DNA of 64,000 bases from a virus (taxonomy: Duplodnaviria > Caudoviricetes). A program made the position numbers and the translations under genes. The notes beneath the pieces were generated by a model. It saw only the letters and a program-made list of their open reading frames with translations. It was not told the DNA's origin and made no database searches. The stretch's first letter is position 1. Each line of letters starts with the position of its first letter. Of the stretch, positions 46,827 through 55,035 are shown one piece after another. The DNA is taken from the IMG/VR virus record IMGVR_UViG_3300005611_000007, positions 32,001 to 96,000 of that record. The stretch is one strand, 5' to 3'.

Positions 46827-47271
46827 TGATAACCCCGTAGTGTCCTGTTTCGTCCATTGAATAGACAATTCGCTTTATACCATATTTATAAAGACAAGAC
46901 ATACAACCAATGCAAGGCTTACTATTACCCCAAATCCATCCTTCACTATTACCAGATGGACGCTTTGCTCTTGCAACATAAAGAGTCATTCCAGCCAATT
47001 CTTTCTTTGTAGGATCTAAATCACTACCAACCGCCTTCAAACCATTATATACAGCATTCGTTTCAGCGTGCCAATAGATCGCTTCATCGTTCTTAGCATG
47101 ATTTGCTTGAAACGTGTGGGACTTGTACATATTCATACCATAAGAGATAATTTTGTTCTTATAAACAAGAGAGGCAGCCAAACGACTGCCTCCCGTTGCA
47201 TCTAGATCCCTAGCCATAATGAACAAGTTGTTCAGAAACTTTAGGTCACGATCGCTCATTCTCACTCTCAT
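46819..47271 (-). CDS. zinc-dependent cytidine/dCMP deaminase-like protein
   Basis: HAE...SKPCIGC. Confidence 0.85.
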   Translation of the reverse strand: MRVRMSDRDLKFLNNLFIMARDLDATGGSRLAASLVYKNKIISYGMNMYKSHTFQANHAKNDEAIYWHAETNAVYNGLKAVGSDLDPTKKELAGMTLYVARAKRPSGNSEGWIWGNSKPCIGCMSCLYKYGIKRIVYSMDETGHYGVIND

Positions 47272-47428
47272 CAGTCTCTAGTTGATTCGAATTATCAGAC
47301 ATAGAAAGTTGTCCCTGTGCCTCGTTAAACAACTTTTGAATTAATTGATTAACTTCATTGTATGGTCGGTTTCCAAGATACTGTAAAACTGCATTAATTG
47401 TTTCCACTTCAATTTCTAACTTTTTCAT
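47246..47428 (-). CDS. hypothetical protein
   Basis: LQYL..RPY.EV motif; AGGAG SD. Confidence 0.65.
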   Translation of the reverse strand: MKKLEIEVETINAVLQYLGNRPYNEVNQLIQKLFNEAQGQLSMSDNSNQLETDESENERS

Positions 47429-47607
47429 TAGATCTTCTCCTTCCAATATAATTCTACTGCCTTCTTATAAGGCACAGTTCTATTTGTTTTCACCGACTCA
47501 ACGTCATCAAACACCAATACCTTTCCATCCTTAGCGAGCCACTGATGCATATCTTCTAGAACCATTCGTTCTAGATTACCCATCATATGAAAATCTGCTG
47601 CAATCAT
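47428..47607 (-). CDS. hypothetical protein (59 aa)
   Basis: translated by hand (MIAADFH...); AGGAG SD; coupled at both ends. Confidence 0.55.
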   Translation of the reverse strand: MIAADFHMMGNLERMVLEDMHQWLAKDGKVLVFDDVESVKTNRTVPYKKAVELYWKEKI

Positions 47608-47789
47608 GCTCTATACTCCTTGTTTTTGATGAACAGTCTACGAAACCATTCATGTTTCTCTGAGTTCTTTTCAAAGATATTCTGTGATCCATCATTCCAC
47701 TTGACCATGATAGAGTCTTCAGACTCTCTTACAGTGACGAGTTGGGGGAGAGTCCGATAGAACTCTCCCTCTGAAAACCCGTTACTCAT
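47604..47789 (-). CDS. hypothetical protein
   Basis: start MSNGF via ATGA overlap. Confidence 0.5.
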   Translation of the reverse strand: MSNGFSEGEFYRTLPQLVTVRESEDSIMVKWNDGSQNIFEKNSEKHEWFRRLFIKNKEYRA

Positions 47790-48715
47790 GCCATCTCGAC
47801 AGCAAGGGCGAGAGCCTCTTGCTTCTTCTTGACACCACCACCGAACCAAGCGGAGTTCATCCGATTGTCCGAGTTACGACCCATCTGATGGTCAACATGG
47901 TAGGTAACACCGTTGTACAACTGCCAGAACGTTCCTTCACCCATCTCAGCACCAGGCTGAGTGTCAAGGATGTCTAGGACTGCGGTAGCAGACTTCGACC
48001 GTTCCTTACGCTTGGCTTCACCAAGAACAGGAAACAGACGCTCAAGATATTCTACCTTTGACTCTTCAGTGAACCGTTTCGAAGCGATAAACTCAGCTTG
48101 CTTCTTATACTCGGTCAACTTGAACGAGGCGATACCCATCGTTTCCTTAACCTCTTCAGCGTTGAACTGAGTCCGATGGGAAACCTTGACACCATTTTTA
48201 CTACCCTCACTAAGAGAAAGTGTCAGAGTGTTGTTACAAACCACTCGAATCGGAGTGAACCGAACATCAATGCTCTTACCATACATATGAGGGTTAGAGA
48301 ACAGCAGATAAGAATCAACACGATCCTTACCAAACAGTTCAAACGACTCATCCTTTACCTTAGCAAGAGCCCACACCATCTGACCACCACGAAGTGAACC
48401 AGCAGTATGCATCTCCATGTTACCTTCACTAACGAAGTCGGCGAAGAAACCAAACGCTTCAGCGTTCTGAGTCTCACACCAATCGTCACCAACGACATCG
48501 AGAATCTTGTTGTCACTGGAACGAACCAGAGCAGACTTACCAACAGCGACCTTTTCGCCATTGACTTCAGCAAACGCCGGAATCTTCTCTACGGTCCAGT
48601 CAAGACCAGCTTCGTAAAGCATTTGTTCTGGAGTCAGGTCGGGAAGAACCTTCTTACCCAGACCATGCCACGGAACTTCACCAGCGTAAGCCATCGTTTC
48701 AACCATATGAGCCAT
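47786..48715 (-). CDS. DUF932/DUF945-family protein
   Basis: PWHGLG, AGLDW.V, TAGSL.GG, TPIRVVCNNTL. Confidence 0.9.
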   Translation of the reverse strand: MAHMVETMAYAGEVPWHGLGKKVLPDLTPEQMLYEAGLDWTVEKIPAFAEVNGEKVAVGKSALVRSSDNKILDVVGDDWCETQNAEAFGFFADFVSEGNMEMHTAGSLRGGQMVWALAKVKDESFELFGKDRVDSYLLFSNPHMYGKSIDVRFTPIRVVCNNTLTLSLSEGSKNGVKVSHRTQFNAEEVKETMGIASFKLTEYKKQAEFIASKRFTEESKVEYLERLFPVLGEAKRKERSKSATAVLDILDTQPGAEMGEGTFWQLYNGVTYHVDHQMGRNSDNRMNSAWFGGGVKKKQEALALAVEMA

Positions 48716-48754
48716 GATGTATCTCCTTGTTAGCTCGTTTCATTCAGTATAGTT

Positions 48755-48783
48755 ATCATAACAAAGGTTGGTATTTTTGTCAA
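48755..48783 (-). promoter_or_regulatory. early promoter
   Basis: TTGACA-17-TATGAT. Confidence 0.8.
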
Positions 48784-48971
48784 CACTTATTTTCAATGAT
48801 TTGCAACTTTTCGATCCATTGCATCTCTTCAATCTTGCTTTCAAGACTACCCCACAAAGAGGGCATATCAAGATCCTTCAAATGCTTCTGATAACAATCA
48901 ACTGCATCCTTCGGATTGTCAAAGATACGATTGTCAGTTCCATTGTACTTCAACTTCACTACGTACTTCAT
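48780..48971 (-). CDS. hypothetical protein
   Basis: 63-aa ORF in the operon. Confidence 0.55.
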   Translation of the reverse strand: MKYVVKLKYNGTDNRIFDNPKDAVDCYQKHLKDLDMPSLWGSLESKIEEMQWIEKLQIIENKC

Positions 48972-49095
48972 TGGGTATTTCCCTTCACTAGAGTTCCAGC
49001 AGATTGAAGCAAATCACCAGCGTGATTTGCTATTTCAGGATTAGTCGCTACAACGTATCCAACGATACAACCTACTACAAACGACACAATTGAGT

Positions 49096-49206
49096 TCATG
49101 ATAACTCACCTTTATGTTTGAGTTTACGGCTGTAGTGTTTTTTGGAAGACACTACACGTTTACGGTACTTTGGAGTCCGTAAATCTTTCGCGATGTAGTT
49201 ATGCAT
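49096..49206 (-). CDS. 36-aa basic peptide, ArfA-like pattern
   Basis: MHNYIAKDLRTPKYRKRVVSSKKHYSRKLKH; GAGG SD. Confidence 0.65.
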   Translation of the reverse strand: MHNYIAKDLRTPKYRKRVVSSKKHYSRKLKHKGELS

Positions 49207-49213
49207 CTCATCC

Positions 49214-49522
49214 TCACAAATCCAGATCGAGATAATCGAAATCCTTGTCGATAATCTCTTCACACTTTCCAAGACTACCATCAGTCTTGACCTTCCGATA
49301 CGAAGCAGTAAGAAACCGCATATCAGTATCGTTACCCAACCAAACATCAATCAGAGTCTTGGAATGTTCCACCGAGTCGGTATCCAACTCAACCAGATTA
49401 CCAGTCTCAGCCAACTCAAACCAGACAACATACTTAGCGCCAGATTCGCCAATCCGAGTCTTCCGCATTTCAGAAAACTTGACACTGGTCAATTCACCGA
49501 TACTATGACCTACTAGAGACAT
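49214..49522 (-). CDS. hypothetical early protein
   Basis: behind a family B leader (extended -10 TG-n-TATGAT). Confidence 0.65.
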   Translation of the reverse strand: MSLVGHSIGELTSVKFSEMRKTRIGESGAKYVVWFELAETGNLVELDTDSVEHSKTLIDVWLGNDTDMRFLTASYRKVKTDGSLGKCEEIIDKDFDYLDLDL

Positions 49523-49563
49523 TTCATTCACTCCTTCTTTCATCATGTTTATATCATATCAAT

Positions 49564-49992
49564 TTAAGCAACAAGTTCATAACCTTTGTCCCACTGTCCA
49601 ACGTTGATATCAATGTAATAAGCAATGTCAAACCAGTCAGTCATTGAGTCACTGTTGTTATACCAACCTTTACCTTTCATCGCAGCAACTAGTTCATCGT
49701 AGAAGTCAGCAATCTTGTCTTCACCGACTTGACGTGCCCATTCTGCGGCATAGTGTTCGTTCACTTGAAGATAGTTACCAACATCACCACCATAGTTGAA
49801 CCCACGTTTTTCGTTTTCCAAATCAACGTGTTTCTGAGCAGCACCCAAAAAGTCTAGAACACCACTTTTGATGTTCACAACAAGACTGTTGTGATGACGA
49901 ACCGCAATAGTTCCCTTCACACCGTATTTCTTTAAGACCACCTTGATAACAGGGGCCAGTTCTTTTTTCTTTTCTTGACTTACAAACGCCAT
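49564..49992 (-). CDS. conserved early protein (LPD29-like)
   Basis: NSDSMTDWFD..YY; own promoter TTGACA-17-TATAAT at 50024..50052. Confidence 0.7.
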   Translation of the reverse strand: MAFVSQEKKKELAPVIKVVLKKYGVKGTIAVRHHNSLVVNIKSGVLDFLGAAQKHVDLENEKRGFNYGGDVGNYLQVNEHYAAEWARQVGEDKIADFYDELVAAMKGKGWYNNSDSMTDWFDIAYYIDINVGQWDKGYELVA

Positions 49993-50060
49993 GTTTTCTC
50001 TCCTTTTCTCAACTTACATATACATTATATGTTATCAGAACATTTTTGTCAAGAGAAAAA

Positions 50061-50405
50061 TTACGACGCCCCCGTCCAAGAAATCCTATCAAACTTTCCT
50101 TCGAAGATATTTCCACGAGCAAAATTCTTAGCCGGTGCACTATAACTAGCCGCCTTGAGAATGTCTCCAAATTTGAATTTTGGATCATCGTAAGAGTTTA
50201 CGATGAAACTGTGGACACTTCCCTTCTCGACAACCTTTACATACTTCTTACCCATCTTGAAGTCTAGGCCGCGGATGAAATCTTCAAGCATCTTAGCCTG
50301 TATTTCGGTCCTACCGTTTCGACCAACATTCTGCCAGATTTCGTAATCATCTACGATGTGGTCGAGATACCCACGGAGAGCAGTCTTGATCTCGTTCTTA
50401 GTCAT
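50061..50405 (-). CDS. conserved early protein
   Basis: GKKY.KV..GDILKAASY.APAKN.ARGNI. Confidence 0.75.
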   Translation of the reverse strand: MTKNEIKTALRGYLDHIVDDYEIWQNVGRNGRTEIQAKMLEDFIRGLDFKMGKKYVKVVEKGSVHSFIVNSYDDPKFKFGDILKAASYSAPAKNFARGNIFEGKFDRISWTGAS

Positions 50406-50464
50406 GTCATTCACTCCTTCGTTCATCATGTTTATATCATAACAAAGTTTGATATTTTTGTCAA
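50406..50464 (-). promoter_or_regulatory. early promoter cassette, family B
   Basis: TTGACA-17-TATGAT then ATAAACATGATGAACGAAGGAG. Confidence 0.85.
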
Positions 50465-50484
50465 GGGAAAAATGTACGGTTTTC

Positions 50485-50527
50485 AAAAAAAATGCCCAGC
50501 TAGAGCGATGAAACTAGCTGGGCATTT
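50485..50527 (-). terminator. intrinsic terminator
   Basis: 14-bp stem AAATGCCCAGCTAG/CTAGCTGGGCATTT ending in a U8 run. Confidence 0.85.
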
Positions 50528-50546
50528 CCGAGACTATCGATAGTGT

Positions 50547-50711
50547 TTACGATGCCCCTCGTTTCTTATCCTCATATACCATACGGTCATAGATTTCCTT
50601 GACCTTAATACGAGGAGACATAGAACGAATCGATGCCCGTTCTACGATATCGAAGTCATCTCCACCACGAAGAAGTGACTCCCTTAGTGCTTTGAGAATA
50701 TCTTCGTACAT
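50547..50711 (-). CDS. hypothetical protein (54 aa)
   Basis: translated by hand (MYEDILKA...); AGGAG SD. Confidence 0.55.
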   Translation of the reverse strand: MYEDILKALRESLLRGGDDFDIVERASIRSMSPRIKVKEIYDRMVYEDKKRGAS

Positions 50712-50723
50712 TCTCGATCTCCT

Positions 50724-51035
50724 TTAGATATATATATCACTCTTTTCCAATCGTTTCGCAACGGTCAGAAACTCACCATCATGTCCACCATCGTATCCAT
50801 TCTGGATCTGCCAGACATGAGTCATTTCATGAGCAAGGAGACAAATGAACTGATGCTCATCGTCGTATTCCTTACACATGCCAATGACAATCTCACCATC
50901 CACTTCATCTACGCCACAGAAATCGTCGTCTGATTCATCAATCCAGAACTCGTCTACGTGCAATTCACCATCAAAATGCATGGCATTCAACATGGCAAAA
51001 TGTGCTTGGACGGTGGTCTGATCGATACGAAACAT
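50724..51035 (-). CDS. SprT-like zinc metallopeptidase
   Basis: LN..HF.G, LAHEMTHVWQ, H...F. Confidence 0.8.
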   Translation of the reverse strand: MFRIDQTTVQAHFAMLNAMHFDGELHVDEFWIDESDDDFCGVDEVDGEIVIGMCKEYDDEHQFICLLAHEMTHVWQIQNGYDGGHDGEFLTVAKRLEKSDIYI

Positions 51036-51094
51036 CTGACTGACTCCCTCGTTCATCATGTTTATATAATACCAAAGATTTTATTTTTTGTCAA
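51036..51094 (-). promoter_or_regulatory. early promoter cassette, family B
   Basis: TTGACA-17-TATTAT then ATAAACATGATGAACGAGGGAG. Confidence 0.85.
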
Positions 51095-51308
51095 CAAAAA
51101 AATTCACGGTTTTGAAAAATTCTGGTGTCATAGTTTCGAATCCACCACCTCGTTTCAAATTTCGAAACACCCTCTTTAATTTGTTCTCATCAGTTCCATA
51201 AGCAATAATTTTGTCTTCACCCAAGATCCCATCGAATTCACGAATTCCATATTGTGGTTCTTTATCGTCTTCTACAGGATAACCCTCAAAAATATACATC
51301 TCTCTCAC
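51081..51308 (-). CDS. hypothetical protein
   Basis: GGGF..TP.FF motif; follows gp41. Confidence 0.6.
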   Translation of the reverse strand: MREMYIFEGYPVEDDKEPQYGIREFDGILGEDKIIAYGTDENKLKRVFRNLKRGGGFETMTPEFFKTVNFFVDKK

Positions 51309-52681
51309 CTCAATGTTGCGAATTTTTTCTTAAAATCGTTTTCGTATCTATCACCAAAGTCAGTATTATCCATTATAGGTCGATCATCAACCATTTCCTC
51401 CTGTGCTGATTGTTCTACATCATATAATCTCATCTTACCTCTGTCAACCCCCACGACGAATCTTTTTTTATCGGTTGGGTCGTTAAAACGATTCTTCAAC
51501 TGTTTGACCATAATCTGATTGAGATTTTCTAACTCTTCACTAGTGACCAAAGCAAACATCAAATCTACAGTAGCAGGTAGACCAAAAGACTCAGATGTAT
51601 CTTCAAGCCCAGGATCAGAGTTTGTGTAACCAGACCGTGTAGTTTGAGTCGCTGTGACGATTGGAATATTTTTCTCAACAGCTAATCCTCTCATCTCTTC
51701 AGCGATTGCTTTAATGTAAGTGTAACTGTTGACATTAGCACCATACCTCAATCGCATAGAAGCACAGATATTGAGATAATCAACATACACGATATCTGGA
51801 ACAAAGTTTCTTTTCAAACGAAGTTCATTCAGTAGATGTCTAAAATGCCCGACACCAGCAGTGGCAGTAGGATATTCTTTGATAATCAATCTACCTTCTG
51901 TCTTATCTCTAACTCTATCAACCTTCTTCATATATGCTGCTTTAGGTAGTTCTTCTAGTTCTTTCAATGGAACATCTAGGAGGTTAGCATCGATGCGTTC
52001 AGCAATCCGTTCTTCTGCCATCTCCATTGTGATATAGAGAACCTTACGATTATCCATTAAATTAGCAGCCGCAAAGTGACACATAGCAAGAGATTTTCCG
52101 ACACCAGTGCCAGCCAGAATACAAGTTAAAGTTTTCTGTGGAAGCCCACCTTTAGTGATGCTATTAAGATAGTCTAGATCAAACGCAATACGATTTTCTA
52201 TTTTATGATAGAAGTCATAACGATCAGAGAAGTCTTCTAACCAATCATGACCAATGTGATTATCAAAACTAATAGAGAGTGCTTCAGAAAGAATCTCTGG
52301 AATCGCACCCTTTGTCTCCTTCTCTTTACCATCCATAATGTGAATGGATTTCATGATAGCATTATGAATAGCACGTTCCTGACAGAACTCTTCTGTCCTG
52401 TCAGTCAACCACTGTTCATCAATCTCACGATCTGTGAGTTGAGAAAGATATTTGATGCATGGCTCAAAGTCATTTTCATCTACATCGTCATTGTCAAGAG
52501 TGATACCAAGAATCTCTACAGTCGGTAGAGTGTTATATTCTTCAACGTGTTTCTTGATATATCGATACAGAGTTTTTTCTGTGAAATCGTTGAAATACTC
52601 ATCTTTAAGAAATGGAAGAACTTTCCTCGAATAATTCTCGTTGTGAATGAGATGACTCAGTATCTGTGTTTCCAGCCTCAT
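51305..52681 (-). CDS. 41: replicative helicase (T4 gp41)
   Basis: AGTGVGKS, IKEYPT, DYLN, TATQT.R, SESFGLP, KQLKNR. Confidence 0.95.
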   Translation of the reverse strand: MRLETQILSHLIHNENYSRKVLPFLKDEYFNDFTEKTLYRYIKKHVEEYNTLPTVEILGITLDNDDVDENDFEPCIKYLSQLTDREIDEQWLTDRTEEFCQERAIHNAIMKSIHIMDGKEKETKGAIPEILSEALSISFDNHIGHDWLEDFSDRYDFYHKIENRIAFDLDYLNSITKGGLPQKTLTCILAGTGVGKSLAMCHFAAANLMDNRKVLYITMEMAEERIAERIDANLLDVPLKELEELPKAAYMKKVDRVRDKTEGRLIIKEYPTATAGVGHFRHLLNELRLKRNFVPDIVYVDYLNICASMRLRYGANVNSYTYIKAIAEEMRGLAVEKNIPIVTATQTTRSGYTNSDPGLEDTSESFGLPATVDLMFALVTSEELENLNQIMVKQLKNRFNDPTDKKRFVVGVDRGKMRLYDVEQSAQEEMVDDRPIMDNTDFGDRYENDFKKKFATLR

Positions 52682-53048
52682 TTTCTTCCTTTTCATTCAA
52701 AGCAGTGATGATAATATGTACTAGAATTCCACCAATATGATCATTGAAATGAATATTATTTTCAGTCAATTCGTGTGGATTTTTTACGAAATCAAAATCA
52801 AATTTCAAAGTTGCTTCGTCTTTTTCATCGATTTCTTTTACAGATATTGTATTGTATCTAATGATTGTACCATTATAACGTTCGTCAGTCAACCTAATAG
52901 GTACAGTTGATTTACCATCATCTAGTTTATCTACTATTTCATAAGTATCGTCATACTGTGAAAATTTTTCAAGATCAATCTTCGGCACTATCCGTCTCAC
53001 TCTGATCTGTTTCTCCATAACCGCCAACGAGCTCTCTTTCTTCTCCAT
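52605..53048 (-). CDS. gp40-like protein
   Basis: between uvsX and 41 as in T4; start uncertain. Confidence 0.5.
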   Translation of the reverse strand: MEKKESSLAVMEKQIRVRRIVPKIDLEKFSQYDDTYEIVDKLDDGKSTVPIRLTDERYNGTIIRYNTISVKEIDEKDEATLKFDFDFVKNPHELTENNIHFNDHIGGILVHIIITALNEKEENEAGNTDTESSHSQRELFEESSSIS

Positions 53049-54051
53049 ATTTGAATTCCTTTGCAGCAGCCTGTTCTAGTCTTTCCATGACATCTTCTGT
53101 AAAAAACTTTTCCGGTTCTGCGTTGATTGCTTTAGCAAAATGTTTAGATCCATCAGGAAACTCATAACGAGTTGATACCTTCTTGATAACATCGTACTTC
53201 TCGGCAAGGTCAAGAAGACCATAATAACGATCCAAACCAGTCGTATAGTTTAGACGTACTTCAATCGTCTTATTTGGCTTGGTAAAACGTGACTTTTGTG
53301 TGCTAACTTTGATTAGATTACCCTCATCCTTTTCAGTATCTTTATCTCTTTTCTTTGAAAGAAAAAGAATTGTAGAAGCGGTATACTTTAGACCAGAACC
53401 GCCAGACATTACTTTCGTTGGTATATAAGAACCAACTGCATCATATGTATGGTTTGTAATAACCATCGGAACCTGCGCTTTAGATAAACGTAGACCTAGA
53501 GTACGAAACGCAGCCTTAATTACTTGCGCCTTGGTCATATCCCGAGTTTCTTTACCCTCGGTACTATCTTCCATTTCTTTTGTTGTAGATAATTGACCGA
53601 GAGAATCAAGAACCATCATCATTGGTGGTCTATTATTTTTGTGTTCTGTGTATCTTTCTAAAACTTGTAACGCATTATGTCGAAACTGCTGAATTGTTTG
53701 TGGTTCAGATACAACAATACGATGAATGTCAATACCACGAGTAGACATCATTTCCTGTGTTACTGCTGCTTCAGTATCATAATAGATAACGCCACCATGA
53801 TCGTTTTGTTGTAAAAAGTTATTGACCATTCCTAATGCAAAGAAAGTCTTTCCCGTTGCTTCTTCACCAGCGAGAGCAGTGATTTTGTTATTTGACACAC
53901 CGCCGTAAAGACTGCCACTGATAAGAGCATTAAGAATGAAACACCCAGTATCAACCCACCCAGAAAACTCAGAAGAATTACCACCATCGGATAAAAGATG
54001 TGTGTTTTCATCGTTGAGTTCCTTTACCATATCTTTAAAAAAATTAGACAT
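52975..54051 (-). CDS. uvsX: UvsX RecA-like recombinase
   Basis: AGEEATGKT, DTE, LDSLG, SGGSGLKY. Confidence 0.93.
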   Translation of the reverse strand: MSNFFKDMVKELNDENTHLLSDGGNSSEFSGWVDTGCFILNALISGSLYGGVSNNKITALAGEEATGKTFFALGMVNNFLQQNDHGGVIYYDTEAAVTQEMMSTRGIDIHRIVVSEPQTIQQFRHNALQVLERYTEHKNNRPPMMMVLDSLGQLSTTKEMEDSTEGKETRDMTKAQVIKAAFRTLGLRLSKAQVPMVITNHTYDAVGSYIPTKVMSGGSGLKYTASTILFLSKKRDKDTEKDEGNLIKVSTQKSRFTKPNKTIEVRLNYTTGLDRYYGLLDLAEKYDVIKKVSTRYEFPDGSKHFAKAINAEPEKFFTEDVMERLEQAAAKEFKYGEERELVGGYGETDQSETDSAED

Positions 54052-54085
54052 TATTTCTCCTTTTCAATCAAAGTTTTATTAGCAT

Positions 54086-54114
54086 TATCATATAACATTT
54101 CTGCCAACTTGTCA
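54086..54114 (-). promoter_or_regulatory. sigma70-type promoter for uvsX (approximate limits)
   Basis: TTGACA-17-TATGAT. Confidence 0.65.
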
Positions 54115-54178
54115 ACAACTTTTTTCATTTTACTGTTATCTTTCTGCTCATAAATACGAGAGCAGAAGGATTAGCAGT

Positions 54179-54964
54179 ATGGTTCATTACCAGAGCATTT
54201 TTATATCAGACATCCATCTAGGCACAAGAGGATGTAAAGCAGACGAACTATGTGCCTTCCTTAAAACAAATACCTGTGAAAATCTATTTCTTGTGGGCGA
54301 CATACTAGACGGTTGGCGTTTAAAGAAACGTTGGTACTTTCCGCAAAGCCACGCAAACGTAATACGCAGAATCCTTACAGCAGCCAAGCGCGGCACTAAA
54401 GTCTATTATATACTTGGCAACCACGACGAAGCACTTCGTCCATACGTTTCTTACAATATAGACATTGGTCGCATTAAAGTCTTAAATCGTTATACATACA
54501 ATGCTGTTAATGGTAAGCGTTATCTTGTTATCCACGGTGACTTCTTTGACAAGATAATGACAGACAACAAATGGCTAATGTTTGTTGGCGATAACATCTA
54601 TGATTTCCTCATCTGGACGAACACTAAACTAAACATAATTCGTGGCTGGTTAGGGATGGACTACTGGAGTCTATCCAAGTTCCTAAAAGCAAAGACAAAA
54701 CAGGCACTAAACTTCATACATAAGTTTGAAGAACACGTAGCAAAATACTGTGAAGAAAAAGGTTATGACGGTATTGTCTGCGGACACATACACACAGCGG
54801 CAATGAAGAATGTAAACGGCATTGAATATATGAATGATGGAGATTGGGTAGAAAGTCTAACTGCACTTGTAGAACACGAAGACGGTCGCTGGGAGATTAT
54901 CTATTGGGAGGGCAAAGATGGAATAGATCTTATTGATAACAGCGATGCACGTGAACAATCCTGA
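54179..54964 (+). CDS. metallophosphoesterase, PlcP-like phospholipase C (LpxH-like annotation family)
   Basis: FISDIHLG.RGC, GDILDGW, GNHDE, HGD, CGHIH, NDGDWVES.TA. Confidence 0.85.
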   Translation: MVHYQSIFISDIHLGTRGCKADELCAFLKTNTCENLFLVGDILDGWRLKKRWYFPQSHANVIRRILTAAKRGTKVYYILGNHDEALRPYVSYNIDIGRIKVLNRYTYNAVNGKRYLVIHGDFFDKIMTDNKWLMFVGDNIYDFLIWTNTKLNIIRGWLGMDYWSLSKFLKAKTKQALNFIHKFEEHVAKYCEEKGYDGIVCGHIHTAAMKNVNGIEYMNDGDWVESLTALVEHEDGRWEIIYWEGKDGIDLIDNSDAREQS

Positions 54965-55035
54965 CGATGTTCCTGTACGTATTGGATAAAGTTCAAACAG
55001 TTTAAGTTGGAGACAAAATGTCAAAAAAAATCCTC
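54918..55035 (+). pseudogene. possible decayed small gene
   Basis: GGGAGG SD then M-E-stop-ILLITAMHVNNPDDVP; a shifted frame reads WIKFKQFKLETKC. Confidence 0.35.

Noticed and set aside
54918-54930. TAG stop-codon reassignment
   Set aside because: phoH (3974) and other full-length genes end in TAG, and core genes are intact in code 11
54179-54964. Lipid A enzyme LpxH
   Set aside because: The motif set and pairing with an Agt-like GT4 fit PlcP better; not formally excluded without a tree
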